This document shows, piece by piece, positions 1 through 7,607 of a stretch of 33,881 nucleotides of DNA (positions are counted from its first letter, which is position 1; each line of letters starts with the position of its first letter). Under the pieces are notes generated by a model. It was not told the DNA's origin, ran no database searches, and saw only the letters and a program-made list of their open reading frames with translations. The translations under genes and the position numbers were made by a program. The DNA comes from Acidimicrobiia bacterium. Lineage in GTDB: Bacteria > Actinomycetota > Acidimicrobiia > Spongiisociales > ZC4RG35. The stretch spans positions 1-33,881 of the forward strand of contig JBPCQV010000077.1 of the NCBI GenBank assembly GCA_050997725.1. Reading direction: 5' to 3'.

Positions 1-47
1 CGTCCCAAGAAGACGCCCCCCTCGTCCGCCTCCTTCGTCGGCGGCCA

Positions 48-68
48 CTCCCCCCTCCCGGGGGGGAG
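48..68 (-). terminator. candidate stem-loop downstream of the first halogenase gene
   Basis: 8-bp GC stem (CTCCCCCC / GGGGGGAG) with a 5-nt loop, about 23 nt beyond the minus-strand stop at 91-93. There is no U-tract, so this is weak. Confidence 0.3.
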
Positions 69-90
69 AAACGGGAGAGGGGATGAGTCT

Positions 91-1488
91 CTAGCCGGGG
101 AGGGTGTTGTCCCGAATCCAGCGCTCGGTCGTCTCGACCGACGCGAGCTCGGAGTTCCAAAGCGCAGCCCGCTCCGCGTGATAGCGCGAGCCAATCGGGA
201 TCGAGAACAGGGTTTGGTCGTCGTACGCCCTCTCCCGTTTCAGGAGCTTGCGAAAGGCCGCCATGGCCCCTTCTCGATTCTGATTCGGCATGCCTTCATA
301 GATCCGTCCTGAGAACACGTCGATCATCGGCTCCCGGTATTTGCCGTGAACCATCACCGCGAACGCGAGTGGGTTCTCCCAGAAGGTGTCGATCGTGTCC
401 TCGAGGACGTCGATGCCCTTCTCGGCGGCGATCATGTAATCGCGGAAAGGGCTGTCCCCACCGAGCTTGCCTTCGAGATAGTCCACCGTGGCATCGGTGG
501 CCAACTCCGACTCCGCCAGGGCGACGAAAAGACCGAACGAGAAGATCGGATCCACGAAGCGGTGGGCGTCGCCGATGCAGAGGTAACCCTTGCCGGCGAA
601 CCCGGCGACCTGGAAGGAGTAGTTGGGAATCACATGCACGTCTTCTACGAGCTCGGCCTCGACCGTCCGGCGAGCCAGGCCCGGGTTGAGCTCCCGCAGC
701 TCGCGAACGTAGAAGTCGTGGCGCGATTCCTTCTTGCTGCGGAAGTATTCCGCCGGCACCACGATCCCCACACTCGTCACCTCGGAGTCGAGGGGGATCC
801 CCCAGGCCCAGTGGTACTTCTTCGTATAGAAGATATGGGTGTTGGTGGACTTGACCCGGGGCAAATCGGTGTCTTCGTCCCGGACGAAGTTCTTGATATG
901 CGAGAAGATCGCGATCTGCTTGTCGTAAGACCCTAAGTACTTAGGACCCGTCGCCTTGCGGTTGGCGAGGAAAGAGGCCTGCCCCGAGCAGTCGAGCGTG
1001 ATCCTGGCGTCGATCTGGACCGTCTCACCGTCATCCCGCTCGACCTCGACCCCGCTCACCGCCCCATCTTCTGTCAAAGGAGAGGTCGCCTTGCCTGCCA
1101 CGAGCTCGGCACCTCGGTTCTGGGCCGTGTCGAGGAGCATCGTGTCGAAAGTTGCGCGCCTGACCTGCCAGGTGGGGTTGAATTCCGAGGACAGGTCGGG
1201 GTGGCGACGCATCATCGGGACCCACCAGTCGGGGTTGCCCTTGGTTCCCGAAACCACCACCCCGTGCTTGACGGGATGTTCATCGCGGATCATCTCCTCG
1301 CTGAAGCCGAGCCCGCGAACCAGGTTGCCGCATTCTCCGGTCATGGATTCCCCGATGTGGAATCGCGGGAACTTCTCCCGTTCGACGACCACAGGCGTTA
1401 TCCCCCGCTGGAGGAGGCGCAGGGAAACCCCGGCGCCGGCGGGACCACCGCCAATCACCACTACGTCGGTCTTGATCCTTTTCGTCAT
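91..1488 (-). CDS. flavin-dependent halogenase (FAD-binding, PltA/tryptophan-halogenase superfamily)
   Basis: 465-aa ORF. It has a GxGxxG FAD fold (VVVIGGGPAGAG), an EKFPRFHIGES segment, a WxWxIP motif (HWAWGIPL) and an FxxPxxSxG motif (FVDPIFSFGL). AAGGAG RBS precedes ATG 1488. The start overlaps the stop of the adenylation gene by 4 nt. Confidence 0.8.
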   Translation of the reverse strand: MTKRIKTDVVVIGGGPAGAGVSLRLLQRGITPVVVEREKFPRFHIGESMTGECGNLVRGLGFSEEMIRDEHPVKHGVVVSGTKGNPDWWVPMMRRHPDLSSEFNPTWQVRRATFDTMLLDTAQNRGAELVAGKATSPLTEDGAVSGVEVERDDGETVQIDARITLDCSGQASFLANRKATGPKYLGSYDKQIAIFSHIKNFVRDEDTDLPRVKSTNTHIFYTKKYHWAWGIPLDSEVTSVGIVVPAEYFRSKKESRHDFYVRELRELNPGLARRTVEAELVEDVHVIPNYSFQVAGFAGKGYLCIGDAHRFVDPIFSFGLFVALAESELATDATVDYLEGKLGGDSPFRDYMIAAEKGIDVLEDTIDTFWENPLAFAVMVHGKYREPMIDVFSGRIYEGMPNQNREGAMAAFRKLLKRERAYDDQTLFSIPIGSRYHAERAALWNSELASVETTERWIRDNTLPG

Positions 1489-3056
1489 GGTTCCAACTCC
1501 TTGGAATCGCTTGTTTGTACAGCTTGTCTGTCGATCTTGCCGGTGCTGGTCTTAGGAAGCGCCGTGGCGATCCTGAACGACTCCGGAATCATGTACCGAG
1601 GGACTCGTCCCGCACACCATTTGATCAGCCGGCTCGTCTCCTGCTCACCGGTGAGGACCACATGGGCCTCGATCCGATTCGAGATCACCTCGTCAGGGAT
1701 CGCCACGACGACGCATTCGACAACATCGGGATGAGCGTTGAGCGCGGTTTCGATCTCGCCCAGCTCGATGCGGTAGCCCCGACTCTTGATCTGATGGTCG
1801 CGCCGGCCCCGAAAGCGATAGTTCCCGTCGGGTTCTTCGACCACCAGGTCGCCGGTTTTGTACAGCTTGGAAGCCGGGTGCTCGGGGTCGTCCACCAACT
1901 TGGCGGCGGTCTTGGCCGGGTCGCCCCAGTAGCCGGCCATCACGGTCGGGCCTCTGACGAGCAGCTCGCCTTCCTCGCCTGCGGTCGTGGAACTTCCGTC
2001 TTCGTTCACCACCAGGGTCTCGACTCCGGTGATCGCTTTGCCGATCGGAATGTCGGACCCGCCGGGATCGGGCACGGTGTCGACTGGATAGGCGGTGCAA
2101 ACGTTGGTCTCGGTTGGTCCATACCAATTGTGGAACGACGCCTGCGGGAGCTTCTTCATGAGTTGAGCCAGAAACTTGCTGGGGAAGACCTCGCCGGCAA
2201 AGACGACCGCCCGCAGGCTGGGCAGATCGCCGTCCTCGAGATTGCCGTGCTGCACAAGCAGCGAGAGGATCGACGGCACTGAGTACCAGACGCTGATCTC
2301 ATTCTGGCGAATGAAGCGGGCGATCTCGACTGGAAATACGGAGGTCGCGGTCGGGACCAGGACAATCGCCGACCCACTTCCCGAAGCCGCGAAAAGATCG
2401 AAGATCGACAGGTCGAAATGGAACGGGGCGTGGCTCGAGAGGCGATCCTCTGGCCCGATACCGAGCTCGGCTATTCCCCATCGTACGAAGGCGAGCCCGT
2501 TCAGATGGCTGAGCATCACCCCTTTGGGATCACCGGTCGAGCCGGAGGTGTAGAGGATGTACGCGAGGTCCATCCCGTTGCCGGGGAGGTTCAGACGGTC
2601 GGAGACCTCACTCGCGGCAAAGTTGAGAACATCGACGCCGGAGATGTCGGCAGGGGCGGCCTCCCCGACGTTGACGATCATTCGGAGCGGGGCACCCAGC
2701 TTCTTCAGCTCGGATATTTGCTGAGCCTGCTTGCCAGAGGAGATCAGCACTTCGATCCCGCAGTCCGCGGCGATGTAAGCGAGCCGAGCGACCGGGGCGC
2801 GGGCGTCGAGAGGAACGTAGACACCTCCGGCCTTGAGGACCCCGTAAATGCCCATCACCGCTTCCAACGACTTGTCCAGGTAAATGCCCACCCGATCACC
2901 CGGCACCACGCCGTTGGACCTGAGCATCTGGGCGATTCGGTTGGCTCCCAAATCCAAATCCCGGTAGGTGACCGATCGTTCGCGATCGAGTACCGCCGTT
3001 CGCTCCGGGTGCTCGTCGGCCGATTTTTCGAGGAGGAGATGGAGCCGGTCGGTCAT
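1485..3056 (-). CDS. stand-alone amino-acid adenylation enzyme (DltA/PltF-like AMP-ligase)
   Basis: 523 aa. Adenylate-forming core motifs are LAYILYTSGSTGDPKGV, FHFDLS, NWYGPTE, GELLVRGPTVMAGYW, YKTGDLV, GRRDHQIKSRGYRIELGEIE and TSTGKIDR. The ORF contains no condensation, thiolation or thioesterase domain. It overlaps both neighbours by 4 nt. Confidence 0.85.
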   Translation of the reverse strand: MTDRLHLLLEKSADEHPERTAVLDRERSVTYRDLDLGANRIAQMLRSNGVVPGDRVGIYLDKSLEAVMGIYGVLKAGGVYVPLDARAPVARLAYIAADCGIEVLISSGKQAQQISELKKLGAPLRMIVNVGEAAPADISGVDVLNFAASEVSDRLNLPGNGMDLAYILYTSGSTGDPKGVMLSHLNGLAFVRWGIAELGIGPEDRLSSHAPFHFDLSIFDLFAASGSGSAIVLVPTATSVFPVEIARFIRQNEISVWYSVPSILSLLVQHGNLEDGDLPSLRAVVFAGEVFPSKFLAQLMKKLPQASFHNWYGPTETNVCTAYPVDTVPDPGGSDIPIGKAITGVETLVVNEDGSSTTAGEEGELLVRGPTVMAGYWGDPAKTAAKLVDDPEHPASKLYKTGDLVVEEPDGNYRFRGRRDHQIKSRGYRIELGEIETALNAHPDVVECVVVAIPDEVISNRIEAHVVLTGEQETSRLIKWCAGRVPRYMIPESFRIATALPKTSTGKIDRQAVQTSDSKELEP

Positions 3057-4201
3057 AGGCCGAGGTGTCTGGCGATGAGATTCCGTTGGATATCCGAGGT
3101 TCCCGAATAGATCTCCCCTCCGATTGCATCCCGTAGATCGCGCTCGATGCCGGCTTCGGCCATGAAGCCATAGCCACCATGGGTTCTGATCGTGTCGAGG
3201 CTCGACTGAACAAAGCTCTCGCTGATGAAGAGCTTCACCATCGCCGACTCCAACGCCGTCGTCGACTTCTTTTCACTCATGGCCCATCCCAGGTGATACA
3301 CCAGCAGCCGGGCGGCTTCCAGCCGCACTTTCATGTCCGCAAGACGATGCGACACAGCTTGGAACTTGCCAATGGGCTGTCCGAACTGCTTTCGGTCCCG
3401 GGCGTAGGCAATCGAGGTCTCGAGCTGGCGCTGCATAGTTCCCACCGCCGCCGCCAGGATGATTCCCCGCTCCCATTCCATGGAATGGTTGAAGATGGCC
3501 ATCCCCGCCCCGAGGCGCCCGAGCACGCATGAGGCCGGGATCCGGCAGTCTGAGAAGGTGATCTCGCTCATTGGAGAGGTCCGCAGGCCCATCTTGTGGA
3601 ACGGAGCGCCGATCCTGATTCCGGGCGTCGAGCTATCGATGAGGAACGCCGAGATACCGAATGCCCCTTTGGAGCGATCGGCAGTGGCGAAGATCACGAA
3701 GACGTCTGCCACCGGGGCGTTGGTGATGAAGGTCTTGGAGCCGTTGAGGACGAACTCGTCGCCATCCTTGCGAGCAATGGTGCTCAGGCTGAAGGCGTCG
3801 GACCCTGACCCCGGTTCGGACATACCTTGGATGCCGATGATGCTTCCATCGGCGAGACCGGGCAAGTAGCGGCGTTTCTGCTCCTCAGTGCCAAAACGGA
3901 CGATCGGCACCTCACACGACCACATCTGCGCGTTGAGGGAGAAGATCAGCCCATTGTCACGACATGCATACCCAAGGGCTTCCATGCCAACAACGATCGT
4001 CAGCGGGTCGGCCCCCTGGCCGCCGTAATCCACTGGGATCGGGAGCCCTTGGATGCCGAACTCGGCGCACTTCTTCCAAGCCTCGTCACTGAACTGATGG
4101 CTCGCGTCCCGCTCAGCCACGCCCTCATTGAGGTGGCGGCCCCCAAATTCGACCACCGCGGCACGAAATGCCTCCTGCTCGTCGCTCAGATCGAAGTCCA
4201 C
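3053..4201 (-). CDS. acyl-CoA dehydrogenase family flavoprotein (candidate aminoacyl-S-carrier dehydrogenase)
   Basis: 382 aa with typical ACAD layout: GMSEPGSGSD in the middle domain, then YARDRKQFGQPIGKFQAV and GGYGF...RDA...IYSGTSDIQR in the C-terminal domain. GTG start at 4201. Its stop overlaps the ATG of the adenylation gene. Confidence 0.85.
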   Translation of the reverse strand: MDFDLSDEQEAFRAAVVEFGGRHLNEGVAERDASHQFSDEAWKKCAEFGIQGLPIPVDYGGQGADPLTIVVGMEALGYACRDNGLIFSLNAQMWSCEVPIVRFGTEEQKRRYLPGLADGSIIGIQGMSEPGSGSDAFSLSTIARKDGDEFVLNGSKTFITNAPVADVFVIFATADRSKGAFGISAFLIDSSTPGIRIGAPFHKMGLRTSPMSEITFSDCRIPASCVLGRLGAGMAIFNHSMEWERGIILAAAVGTMQRQLETSIAYARDRKQFGQPIGKFQAVSHRLADMKVRLEAARLLVYHLGWAMSEKKSTTALESAMVKLFISESFVQSSLDTIRTHGGYGFMAEAGIERDLRDAIGGEIYSGTSDIQRNLIARHLGL

Positions 4202-4213
4202 CGACGGCCGTTC

Positions 4214-5626
4214 TTAGATCCGCTCTCGTTCCCGGCGTGGCTCGTGCTTGAGAAGGCCGGGGTGAAAAGCAGCTTCGTGGGTCACGTCGCAAGTGTGCGA
4301 CGAAAGGGTCGGACGGTCGATGACCAGGTTCTTGTAAGAGGCAAACAACTTGGGGTCGCGCAGTGACTCGATAAACCCGCTGTACTTGTTCGCAACCTCG
4401 AAGAAGTCGCCTCCGATGAGGAAGTGGTAGACCGCCATCGCGTTCCGATAGTGATCAAAGTCCTCGAACGTCGTCTCGGCTGATCCGAGCTGGGCAAAGT
4501 TGATGGCTTCGGGCGTATAGAACAGTCGGATGAGCTTGTCGATTACGTCATAGGCGCCGACCACACGTTCGTACGCCTCCCGGAAGCCTTCCTTCGAAGC
4601 TTCGATGCCCTCCGTAAGGCGTTTGTGGACGACTTCGGACACGATCCGAGAACTGTTCATAGCCATGAACACCCCGCTTGAGAAGATCGGGTCGATGAAG
4701 GCCGAGGCGTCGCCGACCAAGCAGAAATTGTCGCCCCATTTCTCCTTGCAGAGGTACGAATAGTCCCCGTTGACCATCAAATCGCGTTCCATGTGGGCGC
4801 CGTCGAGGATGTTCTTCGTATAGGGAGCGGCCTCGATTTCTTGGAGATAGAGCGCCATCTTCCAATCGTCGAAACCCTGGTCCTTGAGCATGGCCCGCTG
4901 TCCCCGGTAGTAGGACGAGTTCACCACAACCCCGACGCTTACCCGGTCGTTACCGAGCGGGATGCACCAGATCCACCCTTGCTTCTCTCCCCCCAGGTAC
5001 ACGATCTGGATGAGCCCTTCTTCGAGGGTGTCGACGAACTTCGCGCCCTTCCAGTAGCTGCAACTGAGGGCCGTACGCTCCAGTTCCTTGTGGGCTACTT
5101 TGGTGCCAAGTCGGTTCGACATGAACGTGTCCCGCCCGCTGGCGTCGACGATGAAACGGGCCCTGATCCTCAACTCTTTGCCATCGGGCCCAACCGCCTG
5201 AACGTCGCCGCCCTGCTCGTCGAGATCGACATTCATCACCCGCGTCTCGTAATGGACCTTCGCGCCGAGCGACGCAGAATGCTTCAGCAGAATGTCATCG
5301 AACTCAGACCGAATCACCTGAAATGACATCGCGCTCTCGTCCTTGATGTGATGCCAGAAGCACCAGGCGGTGTTGGTGATCCCGTCGACGTCGATAAATC
5401 GAACGCCGGGTTTCCGAACCCAGCGCTCTTTCATCTCCTCCAGGATGCCGAGCTCACGAAAAACGTGGTAGCAGAACGGAAGCATCGATTCGCCCACGTG
5501 CTCACGAGGAAACTTCTCCTTCTCGAGCACCGTGACCGAGTGGCCCTTCATCGCCAGAAAAGACGCCATGGTCGAACCAGCCGGGCCTCCACCGATTACA
5601 ACTACGTCAACCGAACCTTGCTCCAT
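4214..5626 (-). CDS. flavin-dependent halogenase, second paralogue
   Basis: Motifs are GxGxxG (VVVIGGGPAGST), EKFPREHVGES, WxWxIP (GWIWCIPL) and FxxPxxSxG (FIDPIFSSGV). The ORF is open to GTG 5665, but ATG 5626 has a GAAGGGA RBS 7 nt upstream and is preferred. Confidence 0.8.
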   Translation of the reverse strand: MEQGSVDVVVIGGGPAGSTMASFLAMKGHSVTVLEKEKFPREHVGESMLPFCYHVFRELGILEEMKERWVRKPGVRFIDVDGITNTAWCFWHHIKDESAMSFQVIRSEFDDILLKHSASLGAKVHYETRVMNVDLDEQGGDVQAVGPDGKELRIRARFIVDASGRDTFMSNRLGTKVAHKELERTALSCSYWKGAKFVDTLEEGLIQIVYLGGEKQGWIWCIPLGNDRVSVGVVVNSSYYRGQRAMLKDQGFDDWKMALYLQEIEAAPYTKNILDGAHMERDLMVNGDYSYLCKEKWGDNFCLVGDASAFIDPIFSSGVFMAMNSSRIVSEVVHKRLTEGIEASKEGFREAYERVVGAYDVIDKLIRLFYTPEAINFAQLGSAETTFEDFDHYRNAMAVYHFLIGGDFFEVANKYSGFIESLRDPKLFASYKNLVIDRPTLSSHTCDVTHEAAFHPGLLKHEPRRERERI

Positions 5627-5938
5627 TGGGTTTCCCTTCTGGCTCGCCATGGGTGGGCTCGCCACGAGTATTTGACCTATCTGACGGAGACCCAGGATGC
5701 CGCGATGCGGTTCTCTTCAAAACGAGCAAAGCGTTACCCCGGTCACCCTCTCCTTCGGCAATTCTACGTCCGACCCTTGTCCCCGCCAAGGGGTACAGAG
5801 TCCTAGATTCGGTGGCGCTCGGTGCGGCTAGTCCCAGGTCGGCGCGATGTCCACGACAACGTCCGATCCGTCGGGCCGTTTGATCGTTTGGCCCGCTACC
5901 CTTGCACGGTTTGCCAGCCTGCTAGAAAGGCGATCCGA

Positions 5939-6922
5939 TTGCCCTCCGTGCCCAACACTGACTCACCCGCCCCCATCTTCATCGTGGGATGCGGGCGCTC
6001 AGGGACGACGATGCTCCGTCTCATGATGGATTCACATCCCGACTTGGCCATTCCCGGCGAATCACATTTCATTGTGAACAAGTACCGACATCAGCAGAGC
6101 TATTCGGTCGATGGACAGTTTGACAGCGACGTGCTACTCAAGCAGATCACCGCGTCCCCTCATTTCAAAAGGTGGGAGATACCCGCGGACCTGGTATTCG
6201 AGCGAGCCGGAGGCGCCAAGCTGCTGGGGTTTGCCGACACGATTGCCCACCTATTCAAGGTGTATGCGTTGGTGCATGGCAAGACTCGGTGGGGCGACAA
6301 GACTCCCATGTATGTGAAGTCGATCGGTCTTCTGGCGGAGCTGTTCCCGACGGCGCAATTCGTCCATATCATTCGTGACGGCCACAATGTGGCGCTTTCA
6401 TATCTCAGCGTTCCGTGGGGTCCGCGCTCGATATGGGAGGTGGCCCGCAAGTGGAAAGTCGACGTCGGCGCAGGTCTCAAGGCGGGCCGGCCGCTGGGGC
6501 CGGCGCGTTACATGGAGCTCCGGTATGAGGACTTGGTCGCCGACCCCACAGCGGAGCTGCAACGCATCTGTGATTTCGCTCATCTCGAGTTCATCCCAGC
6601 GATGCTCGATTTCCACGAAGACGCGGCCGGGCGACTGCAAACCCCCTATGAAGACTTTCATCAGTCTGCGACGAGGGCTCCCGAGCGCGGCATTCGCGAT
6701 TGGATCACCGAGATGAGTGAGGCGGACATCCTTGCCTTCGAGGCGGTGGCGGGGGGATTGCTCTCCGACCTGGGCTACAGCCGCAGGTTCGACTCGATAC
6801 CGATGCGGACGCTTGCCAAGGCTAAAGCACAGGAGATCAAGCTCTCTGCTCAGGTGGCGGGGAGCCGGTTCCGGCGCACGGTCCAGTTCAGTCGGGGCGT
6901 CAGACAATCTCCTCTGGACTAG
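5939..6922 (+). CDS. sulfotransferase (Sulfotransfer_3/Stf0-like type)
   Basis: PAPS 5'-phosphosulfate loop GCGRSGTTML, 3'-phosphate motif IIRDGHNVALSY, and YEDLVADPTAELQRICDFAHLEF. It is a paralogue of 16963-17952. The ORF is open from 5822. TTG 5939 (GAAAGG 8 nt upstream) or GTG 5948 are more plausible starts, so the start is uncertain. Confidence 0.8.
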   Translation: MPSVPNTDSPAPIFIVGCGRSGTTMLRLMMDSHPDLAIPGESHFIVNKYRHQQSYSVDGQFDSDVLLKQITASPHFKRWEIPADLVFERAGGAKLLGFADTIAHLFKVYALVHGKTRWGDKTPMYVKSIGLLAELFPTAQFVHIIRDGHNVALSYLSVPWGPRSIWEVARKWKVDVGAGLKAGRPLGPARYMELRYEDLVADPTAELQRICDFAHLEFIPAMLDFHEDAAGRLQTPYEDFHQSATRAPERGIRDWITEMSEADILAFEAVAGGLLSDLGYSRRFDSIPMRTLAKAKAQEIKLSAQVAGSRFRRTVQFSRGVRQSPLD

Positions 6923-6930
6923 GTCGCCCC

Positions 6931-7533
6931 ATGGCCCCGGGTCCCAAGGTGTTTTGCATCGGTTTTCACAAGACTGGCACGACCAGCCTGGCACTGGCCC
7001 TACGCCAACTTGGGTACTCAGTCACCGGCCCAAACGGAGTCAACGATCCGAAGATCGCCGAGAACGTGCACACGATGGCCTATGCATTGGTGGAAAAGTA
7101 TGACGCCTTCCAGGACAATCCGTGGCCTCTCCTCTACAAGGAGCTCGACGCCCGGTTTCCAAACAGCAAATTCGTTCTGACCGTGCGCCCCACAGACGCC
7201 TGGATCCGGAGCCAGGTGCGGCACTTCGGTGCCGCCGAGACTCCGATGAGGCAGTGGATCTACGGTGTCGGCGCTCCCGAGGGGAATGAATCTCTCTACG
7301 TTGAGCGCTACGAGAGCCATAACCGGGAGGTGCAGTCCTACTTCAAGGACCGGCCCAACGATTTGCTCGTGATGGATCTCGGCGCCGGCTACGGCTGGGA
7401 GAAGCTCTGCGCCTTCCTTGGCAAGCCAGTTCCGACGGAACCGTTTCCTCACGCCAACAGCTCCAAGGATCGAGAAAAGCGTAATCGCTTAGGTCGGCGC
7501 ATCCTTCACCGGCTCGCCAAGCTCGGGCGATGA
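6931..7533 (+). CDS. sulfotransferase family protein (Sulfotransfer_4-like)
   Basis: 200 aa. N-terminal KVFCIGFHKTGTTSLALALRQLGY is the P-loop-like PAPS motif typical of the small sulfotransferase family. It starts 8 nt after the previous sulfotransferase gene. Confidence 0.7.
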   Translation: MAPGPKVFCIGFHKTGTTSLALALRQLGYSVTGPNGVNDPKIAENVHTMAYALVEKYDAFQDNPWPLLYKELDARFPNSKFVLTVRPTDAWIRSQVRHFGAAETPMRQWIYGVGAPEGNESLYVERYESHNREVQSYFKDRPNDLLVMDLGAGYGWEKLCAFLGKPVPTEPFPHANSSKDREKRNRLGRRILHRLAKLGR

Positions 7534-7553
7534 GCCTCGGTTAACCCACAAAA

Positions 7554-7590
7554 GGAAGCTGCGCCCTGCCAACTACAGGGCGCAGCTTCC
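7554..7590. terminator. bidirectional intrinsic-terminator-like hairpin between convergent genes
   Basis: Perfect 15-bp inverted repeat GGAAGCTGCGCCCTG / CAGGGCGCAGCTTCC with a 7-nt loop. It sits between the + stop at 7533 and the - stop at 7608 and is preceded by AAA. Confidence 0.7.
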
Positions 7591-7607
7591 TGGTCGAAAC
7601 CCCTGGA

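Noticed and set aside
346-1734. Several 100-200-aa ORFs (346-936, 369-689, 956-1555, 1201-1734) antisense to or out of frame with the halogenase gene
   Set aside because: Their Arg/Pro/Gly-rich, low-complexity translations are typical of non-coding frames in high-GC DNA. They lie fully inside a motif-supported gene and have no recognisable domain or RBS.
1485-3056. NRPS module or hidden assembly line
   Set aside because: The ORF contains only an adenylation domain. I saw no condensation (HHxxxDG), KS, AT or thioesterase (GxSxG alpha/beta-hydrolase) signatures in any credible ORF of the window.
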